Shown here: positions 8,260-15,204 of the stretch, in pieces
How positions within the stretch are numbered: position 1 is the first letter of the stretch
Layout of the letters: each line of letters starts with the position of its first letter
Virus record (IMG/VR): IMGVR_UViG_3300037043_000403
Span: 1 to 38,420 of that record
Length of the DNA: 38,420 nt
From: a virus
Taxonomy: Duplodnaviria; Caudoviricetes
Reading direction: 5' to 3' (one strand)
Position numbers and translations under genes: made by a program
The notes under the pieces: model-generated
What the model was told of the DNA's origin: nothing
Databases searched by the model: none
What the model saw: only the letters and a program-made list of their open reading frames with translations

Positions 8260-9380
8260 TGGCCAAAGGGAAGAAACCGTCCGGCGACGGACTGATCGCC
8301 AAGGTGGACGCGGCGGAGTTCGCCAGGCGCCTCGGCTATATCAATGGCAGCCTGCCGCGCCGCAACCAGATACCGATCCTCAACTGCATCCTGCTGTCGG
8401 CCGAGGATGCGCGCGTCTCGCTGACCGCCACGAATCTCGACCAGCAGTCGGAAGCGGATGTGACCGCCGAAGTGACCGCCGCCGGGTCGGTCTGCGTCGA
8501 GGGCGCGCGTCTCGCCACTGTCGTCGCCCGGATGACCGGCGAGCTGCTGCTGACGCTCGATGAGGGCAAGCTGAAACTGACCGCCGGGCGCGCGCGGGCC
8601 GAGCTGCCGGTGTTGCCGGCGGGCGACTTCGCAAGCCTCAAGGGACCTGAGGGCGGCGAGACTTTCGAGATCGCCTCCGGCGTGCTCGGCGCCGGGTTCG
8701 GCTCGGTGATGCATGCGGCCTCGAATGAGGACACGCGCTATTACCTGCGCGGCGTGTTCGTCGAGCGCAAGTCCGCCGCGCTGATCTTCACGGCGACGGA
8801 CGGGCACCGCCTGGCCTCGCTGGAGATCACCTCGGGCATTCCCGCAGAGGCCGACTTCGAGGCCTTCATCGTGCCGCGCGAAGTGCTGCGCGATTATTGC
8901 AAGTTCTGCGAGCGCGCCGACGGGCCGGTCGCCATGACGGTTTCGGACGGGCGGCTGCAATTGTCCGCTCACGGAGAAACCCATATCACCAAGCTGATCG
9001 ACGGGACCTATCCCGCCTATGAGCGCGTCATTCCGAAACAATCCGGCGCGCGCATCTGCGTTCCGCTGAGCGAACTCAAGGCCGCTGTCGGCATTGCGAT
9101 GACGGGCACGGAGGATCGCAGCCGCGCGGTCCGGTTCGCAGCCGAAGAGGGGCGCCTGCATTGCCTGAGCCGGCAGGAAGCGGCGCTCTCCGAGGCGGTG
9201 ATCGAGGCGACCGATATCGAGCCCTGCGAGCCGTTCGGGCTCAACGCCAAATATGTCCTGGAGGCGCTGGAGGCGTGCCGGGGCGACAGCGTCGAGCTGG
9301 TGGTGGTCGATAGTGCCACGCCGGTCCGGTTCGAAACAGGCGACGCGCTGCGCCAGTGCATCATGACTTTGAGGGTTTAG
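8259..9380 (+). CDS. dnaN: DNA polymerase III beta subunit (sliding clamp)
   Basis: ~373 aa with IPILNCILL, LTATNLD, DTRYYLRGV, ATDGHRLA, KLIDGTYPAYERVIP, GLNAKYVLEAL and IMTLRV. Confidence 0.95.
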   Translation: MAKGKKPSGDGLIAKVDAAEFARRLGYINGSLPRRNQIPILNCILLSAEDARVSLTATNLDQQSEADVTAEVTAAGSVCVEGARLATVVARMTGELLLTLDEGKLKLTAGRARAELPVLPAGDFASLKGPEGGETFEIASGVLGAGFGSVMHAASNEDTRYYLRGVFVERKSAALIFTATDGHRLASLEITSGIPAEADFEAFIVPREVLRDYCKFCERADGPVAMTVSDGRLQLSAHGETHITKLIDGTYPAYERVIPKQSGARICVPLSELKAAVGIAMTGTEDRSRAVRFAAEEGRLHCLSRQEAALSEAVIEATDIEPCEPFGLNAKYVLEALEACRGDSVELVVVDSATPVRFETGDALRQCIMTLRV

Positions 9381-9383
9381 AAC

Positions 9384-9713
9384 ATGGCCAGGATTGAACG
9401 GACATTTGCGGACATCCGCGCGCTGCTGAAACAGCACGGCGAGGCCTTGCCGGCCGGGACGCACGGGCAGCTGCTGTCGCTGATCGCGCGGGCGGAAAAC
9501 GAGGCCGACAGCCTCGCCGAGACCATCACGGAAAAGGATGAGGAGATCGGGCGTCTCGAAAACCGGCTCGAGTACAGCGAAGGGGAGTCCGCATCCCGCG
9601 CCGCCCGCATTCTCTGCGACTGGTCGCGGCAGGAAGATCCGCGCGTCGTCCGCAAGGTCACCGAAGCGATCGGGGGGGGGCACGCTTCAGACCTCTCCCT
9701 GATCTTCATGTGA
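9384..9713 (+). CDS. Hypothetical coiled-coil protein
   Basis: 109 aa with heptad-like LAETITEKDEEIGRLENRLE, in the operon. Confidence 0.7.
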   Translation: MARIERTFADIRALLKQHGEALPAGTHGQLLSLIARAENEADSLAETITEKDEEIGRLENRLEYSEGESASRAARILCDWSRQEDPRVVRKVTEAIGGGHASDLSLIFM

Positions 9714-9735
9714 ACTGAAGCACAGGGAGGGATTC

Positions 9736-9867
9736 ATGGGATACGGTCACACGGGGCTGACGTTTCGCGCCTTGCGCGCGGCCATCCGTGAGCGGAAGAT
9801 CGAGAAAGCGGACCGCGAGCAGCGCCAGATGATGCTGGATCTTTACATGGAGGTGCTGGGAGAATGA
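9736..9867 (+). CDS. 43-aa peptide resembling the C-terminal half of GapR (DUF2312)
   Basis: Not in the ORF track. GGGAGG SD, sequence MGYGHTGLTFRALRAAIRERKIEKADREQRQMMLDLYMEVLGE, and its TGA overlaps the next ATG. Confidence 0.75.
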   Translation: MGYGHTGLTFRALRAAIRERKIEKADREQRQMMLDLYMEVLGE

Positions 9868-10364
9868 GCGGGCAGGTCTACTACTACGTTTCGAAGTATA
9901 ATGACGAGGTGCCGCCGCACGAGCCGACGCTCGAAGCGGCGGCGAAATTCCTGCACACCGGCTGCGGCGAAGACGGCGACTTTTATGCCGATCAAGCGCC
10001 TCTGGCCAAGCCGGGCGACATCATCGAACTCAGCACCCTGGCGATCTTCTTCGATACGGAGGCGCGCCTGGTCGAAGACGGCGCAGGCGGCGAGGTCTGG
10101 ACGTTCGCGCCCGCCATTCCGCCGGATGCGGACTTCGCCGCGATCCGCTTCTGCCGGGACGCCGGCTGGACGGGCGACGACATCTTCAATCCGCACGGCA
10201 CCGATCGCGACATTGCCGAGATGATGGAGAGCCAGGACACCGATGGCGACACCGTCGAGCATATCGCCATCGGCCGGACGGGCACAGCGCGCGCGCGATA
10301 TGACCTGATCGACGGCACGCCGGTGCTGACCTTGCTGGAAGACGGGGAGATCGTCGATGGCTGA
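9864..10364 (+). CDS. Acidic hypothetical protein
   Basis: 166 aa, GGAGG SD, coupled on both sides. About 34 D/E versus 10 K/R by hand count. Confidence 0.8.
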   Translation: MSGQVYYYVSKYNDEVPPHEPTLEAAAKFLHTGCGEDGDFYADQAPLAKPGDIIELSTLAIFFDTEARLVEDGAGGEVWTFAPAIPPDADFAAIRFCRDAGWTGDDIFNPHGTDRDIAEMMESQDTDGDTVEHIAIGRTGTARARYDLIDGTPVLTLLEDGEIVDG

Positions 10365-11370
10365 GGAAACCCGCATCGAATGGGCCGATCACACGTTCAA
10401 TCCGTGGATCGGGTGCACCAAAGTCTCGCCGGCGTGCGACAACTGCGATGCCGAGGCGCAGGCAAACCGGTACTGGAAGGATGAGGGCCTCTGGGCGGGC
10501 AACCGCAAGCGGACCTCCGAAAACAACTGGCGCAATCCGCTGAAATGGAACGGGCAGGCGGCCGCGTTCCGGGCGCAGCATGGCCGGCCGCCGATGGTGT
10601 TCTGCGCCTCGCTGGCGGACGTGTTCGACAACCAGGTGCCGGACGAATGGCGCCGCGATCTCTGGCGCCTCATTGAGCGGACGCCGGACCTGATCTGGCT
10701 GATCCTCACCAAGCGGCCGCAGAATATTGCGAAGATGCTGCCCGATCCATGGGGCGAGTTCTGCTATGGTAGCAAGTTCTGGCCGAACGTCTGGTTTGGC
10801 ACGACGGTCGAGAACCAGGCGGAAGCCGATCGCCGGATCCCGCACTTGCTCGCCGTGCCGGCGGCGAAACGGTTCCTGAGCTGCGAGCCGCTCCTCGGGC
10901 CAATCGTGTTTGACAATGTCCCTGCGGACCCAGGAGGCACTGCCCGGCGGTTATTCGGGCCGCTTTCGGGCTACTGCCGCCGTCACTTTCCGCGAAAGCA
11001 TTGCGGTTGTGAGCGTCAACAGGCGTCAATCGACTGGGTCATCGCAGGCGGCGAGAGCGGGCCCGCCGCACGGCCTTCGCACCCGGACTGGTTCCGGGGC
11101 CTGCGCGACCAGTGCGCGGCCGCCGGCGTGCCCTTCCTGTTCAAGCAATGGGGCGAGTGGGCGCCAGGCGAGAATTGCGGACATGCTCAAAGCCGAACCG
11201 AGCATGTCGCGACCTGGTGGAACCGAAGCTGGCAATTCGACTGCATCACGCCATCAGAAGGCGCGCAGATGACGGCTGCAGCCGAGCCTGACCTCTGGCG
11301 CGCCGGGAAGGCTCGCACTGGCCGCCTTCTCGACGGCATCATCCATGATGCGCGGCCGGAGGCGCCCTGA
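10357..11370 (+). CDS. DUF5131 / phage Gp37Gp68 family protein (radical-SAM-like three-Cys motif)
   Basis: IEWADHTFNPWIGCTKVSPACDNC, VFCASLADVF, LILTKRPQN, FLSCEPLLGP, IDWVIAGGESG and FKQWGEW. Confidence 0.93.
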   Translation: MAEETRIEWADHTFNPWIGCTKVSPACDNCDAEAQANRYWKDEGLWAGNRKRTSENNWRNPLKWNGQAAAFRAQHGRPPMVFCASLADVFDNQVPDEWRRDLWRLIERTPDLIWLILTKRPQNIAKMLPDPWGEFCYGSKFWPNVWFGTTVENQAEADRRIPHLLAVPAAKRFLSCEPLLGPIVFDNVPADPGGTARRLFGPLSGYCRRHFPRKHCGCERQQASIDWVIAGGESGPAARPSHPDWFRGLRDQCAAAGVPFLFKQWGEWAPGENCGHAQSRTEHVATWWNRSWQFDCITPSEGAQMTAAAEPDLWRAGKARTGRLLDGIIHDARPEAP

Positions 11371-11756
11371 TGGTCGCGATCAATTTCACCGTGTTCCAGG
11401 ACAGGATCCTCGCCGGCGCCAAGCGTCAGACGATCCGCCGCACGGCGCGCTGCAGGCCCGGTGACCGGCTGCAGCTCTATACCGGGATGCGCACGAAACA
11501 GTGCCGCAAGCTGGGCGAGGCGGTCTGCACGCGGGTCGAGCATGTGATGATTCCGGTCGCGGCGCTGCGGCACGTCATTCTGGACAATCGCCGGGTTCTG
11601 CGCGGGCGCGCAGCGGCGCTGTTCGCCGAGGCCGACGGGTTCACTTCGCTAGAGGCCTTTTTTGCCTTCTTCCAGCTGCACTATGAGCTTCCCTTCGAGG
11701 GCGCGGTGATCAGCTGGAGTGACTTTCAGCCTGCGGAGCATCCGGACACATCCTGA
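11370..11756 (+). CDS. ASCH-domain protein
   Basis: FQDRILAGAKRQTIR (GxKxxTxR), RPGDRLQLY and FAEADGFTSLEAFFAFF. Confidence 0.8.
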   Translation: MVAINFTVFQDRILAGAKRQTIRRTARCRPGDRLQLYTGMRTKQCRKLGEAVCTRVEHVMIPVAALRHVILDNRRVLRGRAAALFAEADGFTSLEAFFAFFQLHYELPFEGAVISWSDFQPAEHPDTS

Positions 11757-11796
11757 CGCCCGCCTGACCTGATTTCCCCCTTTTCGGCCTCGCGCT

Positions 11797-11811
11797 GCGA
11801 ACCCGGTTCGC
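11797..11811. repeat. Dispersed palindrome copy 2 (GCGAACC-C-GGTTCGC)
   Basis: Perfect 15-bp palindrome 40 bp upstream of the replication gene. Confidence 0.9.
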
Positions 11812-11850
11812 GGCGGACGCCCTTTCTTTGTCTTTTCGAGGTGTTCCCGC

Positions 11851-12900
11851 ATGTCATTCGAACTTGGCGAGGCGCTCAGGCGCTGCGGCCTGGAAACGGG
11901 CGGGCGGCGGCACATCCTTGATGCGCTGGCCTGCTATACCGACGAGGAAACGGGCCTCGCGAGCGCGTCGCAGGTCACGCTGGCTGTGCATGCGGGCATG
12001 AGCGAGCGGCATGCCAAGCGGATCCTCGCCGAGCTGCTTTCGGATGACAGCCTCGCCGGCCTGGTGCGCCTTGTGCGCCCGGCGGCGGGACGGGGCCGTG
12101 TGGCGGTCTACCAGCTGATGATCGGCCGTATCGAACCGCTGGCGGCCGCGATCAAGGCCTCGCAGCGCGTGGCGCGCGCCGGCGTCGCCATGGCGCTGCT
12201 GGACGCCGGGCTTTGCGGAAAACCTCTGTCCCCGGACAATATGCGCGCCGTTTTCACGCTTCTGGCGCGCCTGATGCGCCTCGAGGGCCATCCGCCGGCG
12301 GCGCTCGCGGTGGAGGCGCAGGCGGCGCTGTTCGAGGCCTTCCTGGCGAGCGAAACGCCGGTACGCCGCCCGGACGGGTCGGCGCCCGAAATCGAGGCGC
12401 CGCAGTTCGATTTCGGGGCCGGATTCGAGGTTTCCGCGCCTGTGGAAAAGCCGCCTTCGCCCTGTGGAGAAAACCCGGAAAAGGGGGACAATCTGTCCGG
12501 AAAGGGGGACAATCTGTCATCGGCGCATATAAGGAATCTTTCCCCTCAGGGATATACTCCCTTGGCGCGTGGCGCACGCGAGCCCTGTGAAATTCCGGTC
12601 ACCGAGCCCGTCCTTGGGCAGGCCGTGATCGCCCGCGAATTCTTCCTCGATCCGGCGGGCATGATCGGCCACGTCACCGCCTGCCGGGAGGACCGAAGGG
12701 CTTTCGGGGAGGCATTTGCCGGACGGCTCGGCAGGATCGATGCCCATGGCGTGCTGACGATCGTCTGCAGCGACGGGGCCGAAGCGGAGGCGCTGTCAGG
12801 CCGCTGGCTGGAGCCGCTGGTCGGCTATGCGCGCGATATCGGGCTTTCGGGTGTGGTGTTTGCGGCAAGGGCCGGAACACGGGAAAGGCCGCCGCCCTAG
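11851..12900 (+). CDS. Putative phage replication initiator (N-terminal HTH)
   Basis: ILDALACYTDEETGLASASQVTLAVHAGMSERHAKRILAEL is HTH_36-like. Internal iterons and a lambda-O-like position support the call. Confidence 0.75.
   Translation: MSFELGEALRRCGLETGGRRHILDALACYTDEETGLASASQVTLAVHAGMSERHAKRILAELLSDDSLAGLVRLVRPAAGRGRVAVYQLMIGRIEPLAAAIKASQRVARAGVAMALLDAGLCGKPLSPDNMRAVFTLLARLMRLEGHPPAALAVEAQAALFEAFLASETPVRRPDGSAPEIEAPQFDFGAGFEVSAPVEKPPSPCGENPEKGDNLSGKGDNLSSAHIRNLSPQGYTPLARGAREPCEIPVTEPVLGQAVIAREFFLDPAGMIGHVTACREDRRAFGEAFAGRLGRIDAHGVLTIVCSDGAEAEALSGRWLEPLVGYARDIGLSGVVFAARAGTRERPPP
12441..12560. promoter_or_regulatory. Putative replication origin inside the initiator gene
   Basis: DnaA-box matches TGTGGAAAA (12441) and TGTGGAGAA (12463). 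Two identical 18-mers AAAGGGGGACAATCTGTC (12480, 12501), followed by an AT-richer tract. Confidence 0.7.
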
Positions 12901-12961
12901 CGGCCTGCCAGCAGGATTTTGCCCCCGCTCCACGCCCTTCGAATCACCGGAAACTCACACC

Positions 12962-13924
12962 ATGCCCCGTGCCCGCCGCCGCCCCACACTCGCCGCCCCG
13001 CTTGGCCCTGAAGGCCGCAAACGCCTTGCCGAGAAGATCGCGGGCATCCACGAACGCGGCGACGCCGCACGGGCCAAACTGGCCGCCGCAACCGGCAGGC
13101 CGGAAGGCCGGGCGGACACGGGCCGCATCGTCCGCACCCTGACGAAGCCGGACCCGCTGGAGCGCAGCATCGCCAGGGCCGAGGCGAACGCCGTGCACCT
13201 CGCCAATCTCGGCAACCGGGCGGACGCCGCCCGGGCCGAACGCACGGCAACCGGCCTCAAGACGAAGCTCGCCAAGCGCCAGCGGGCGCAGGCTTTCCAG
13301 CGCGAGCAGGAAGCGGGCCGGGCCTCGCGGCTCGACCGGTTCGCGCTGCTGGTGAAGCGCTCCGAGGTGCTGACCGAGGCGCATTATGCGATCGCTGATC
13401 GCTGGCTGGCGGCGCTGGATGCGGCGGCAGACGGCGAGATGGCACGGCCTGCCGCGCCGGCCGGTGAGCCGGATGAGCCGGAAGGCGTCCTGCCGCCGCC
13501 ATCCGGCCCGGCGATCTTCCTGTCCGGCGCGTCCGTGCTGGACCGCTGGACCAAGGCTGTGCCGGTCGAGGCGGTGGCCAGCGGGCGGCGCAAGAAGCCG
13601 GAGACCTTCGATCCGAAGCGGGTCAAGGCGGCGCGCCGGGCGCCCCAGCAAGGCCCCGTCCATGGTGTGCAGGTGGTGGCCCATGACCGGCGGTGCCGGG
13701 CAGAGAAGATCACCCAGGTGTTCGTGTCCGGTGTGACCTGGTCCGGTCATCCGGAGTGGTGCGCCGCGGTGGCGATTCGGGTGATTCTGCAAAACCAGAC
13801 TTTGACACATGCTTTTGAGGCCCTCGGCATCACCTATGGTGAGAAAAATCTTCATGAGGCTCAAACTGCGATGGCGTCTGGGCTGGCAGCCATATCGCCC
13901 CTTGTGAATAAGTCCGTGTTCTGA
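12962..13924 (+). CDS. Hypothetical basic protein, possible late-gene regulator
   Basis: Last early gene before the packaging module, with a C-terminal HTH-like segment VILQNQTLTHAFEALG. Function inferred from position only. Confidence 0.6.
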   Translation: MPRARRRPTLAAPLGPEGRKRLAEKIAGIHERGDAARAKLAAATGRPEGRADTGRIVRTLTKPDPLERSIARAEANAVHLANLGNRADAARAERTATGLKTKLAKRQRAQAFQREQEAGRASRLDRFALLVKRSEVLTEAHYAIADRWLAALDAAADGEMARPAAPAGEPDEPEGVLPPPSGPAIFLSGASVLDRWTKAVPVEAVASGRRKKPETFDPKRVKAARRAPQQGPVHGVQVVAHDRRCRAEKITQVFVSGVTWSGHPEWCAAVAIRVILQNQTLTHAFEALGITYGEKNLHEAQTAMASGLAAISPLVNKSVF

Positions 13925-14037
13925 AGGCTGGTGTTGACTCTCGCATTGAGATCGACTTTCGATCGATCAACTCCAAAAGCTGTGACCGGCCCCCGCCGAT
14001 CCTGTTTCGGGGTTTCTCCAGCAACAGCCACCTCCTT

Positions 14038-14136
14038 CCTGCCGGGCCGGTTTGCGGTCTCGTATTCAACCCTGCACCGGTCCGGTCCTAGAGCGGATGT
14101 AACGGTGCCGGGTAGGCCTCAGGCCGGTCCGGCAGG
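14038..14136 (+). ncRNA. Candidate structured RNA / late-leader rod-like hairpin
   Basis: Four nested helices paired by hand (see findings). No family assignment, and strand is assumed. Confidence 0.4.
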
Positions 14137-14157
14137 TTCCTTTCAAGAGGTGCGGTG

Positions 14158-14631
14158 ATGGCCAACATGCCGCCGAAAGTCGGCCGTGTACGGATTGAAG
14201 GCGCACAGCGGCTTGATCCGGCAGACTACGGCGAGGCAGCGGTCGATTATGAAACCGTCCGGGGATCGTCCGCCAGCCGAGGATATGGCGGGCGCTGGCG
14301 CAAGGCGCGCGAAACGGTGCTGCGCCGGGAGCCTTTGTGCCGTCCATCGCAGCTGCTGCTCGGCAAGGATGTCGCGGCCGATGTGCTCGATCACTGGTAT
14401 CCGCATTGCGGGCTGAGCTGGCTGTTCTGGACGCAGGGCCTCTGGGTGCCGATGTCGAAGGGCTGGCATGACGGGCCGAAGCAGGAAATCGAGGCGCGCG
14501 GCGAGCCGGCGCTGGACCGTTTCGCAGCCGATTTGCGCGTTCCGATCCTCTCCGGCCTCGAACCACGCCGCATCTGGGAGTGGCGAGGCGCTTTCGCCGC
14601 CCGCGAACACCGCCCCATGGGGGGTATCTGA
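14158..14631 (+). CDS. Terminase-associated HNH-like endonuclease
   Basis: SSASRGYGGRWRKARETVLRREPLC, VLDHWYPH and WHDGPKQ. Directly upstream of terS. Confidence 0.8.
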   Translation: MANMPPKVGRVRIEGAQRLDPADYGEAAVDYETVRGSSASRGYGGRWRKARETVLRREPLCRPSQLLLGKDVAADVLDHWYPHCGLSWLFWTQGLWVPMSKGWHDGPKQEIEARGEPALDRFAADLRVPILSGLEPRRIWEWRGAFAAREHRPMGGI

Positions 14632-14710
14632 AACCTGGGGCCCCTCCTGCGGAGACCGGCGGATCAGTCAATTTTTGCGCGTTGGGGTTTTTGGGGCGGA
14701 TTTTTTTTTG
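14618..14710. other. Probable cos/packaging-site region
   Basis: G-run, GACCGGCG and T-tracts between HNH and terS, the usual cos position in HK97-like phages. Cut site not determinable. Confidence 0.45.
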
Positions 14711-14718
14711 AGGGTGCC

Positions 14719-15204
14719 ATGGATCAGGAAGAGGCTGACGGCCTGAAGGCTGGCGCTGAGATCGATGAAGCGGTGCCGCACCGGCTCGATGAGTATGGCC
14801 GCGAGGTCTGGCTGCGCGTGGTACCGGACCTGAAACGGGCCGGGCGCGTCAAGGCGACGGACCTGGAGGCGATCACCCGGTACTGCGACATGGTCGGCAG
14901 CTACTGGAAGATGAGCAAGCAGATCGCCGAGGAAGGCTCGACGATGCTGGTGCCGACCGTGGCCAAGGACGACAAGGGCGAGGGCGCGATGTGGCGCCGT
15001 CACCCGCTGCTGTCGGAGCGCCGGGCGATGGCCAAGGCGCTGGAAGGGATCGAGGACCGGTTCGGCATGTCGCCGCGCGCCCGCGCCGACCTGGTCAACC
15101 GCCAGCTCGGCCGCACGCCGATCGAACCGGGCGAGCTGCCGCTGGAAGGCGGCGGCATGGCAGGCGGCGATGGCGAAGGCCTCGACCCTGCCGCCTTCAA
15201 CTAG
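14719..15204 (+). CDS. terS: Terminase small subunit (P27 family)
   Basis: PHRLDEYGREVW, TDLEAITRYC, RRHPLL and FGMSPRARA. Confidence 0.92.
   Translation: MDQEEADGLKAGAEIDEAVPHRLDEYGREVWLRVVPDLKRAGRVKATDLEAITRYCDMVGSYWKMSKQIAEEGSTMLVPTVAKDDKGEGAMWRRHPLLSERRAMAKALEGIEDRFGMSPRARADLVNRQLGRTPIEPGELPLEGGGMAGGDGEGLDPAAFN

Noticed and set aside
9672-9680. G9 homopolymer near the end of the 9384-9713 gene as a phase-variation switch fusing it to the mini-GapR
   Set aside because: Both shifted frames stop (TGA 9700 and TGA 9716) before 9736, so slippage would alter only a few terminal residues.
12480-12518. Direct repeats as a CRISPR array
   Set aside because: Only two copies with a 3-nt gap, inside a gene, and no cas genes. 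They fit iterons better.
14038-14136. Structured region as a tRNA or SRP RNA
   Set aside because: No cloverleaf or T-loop GTTCRA, and no SRP GGAA tetraloop with its conserved internal loop.
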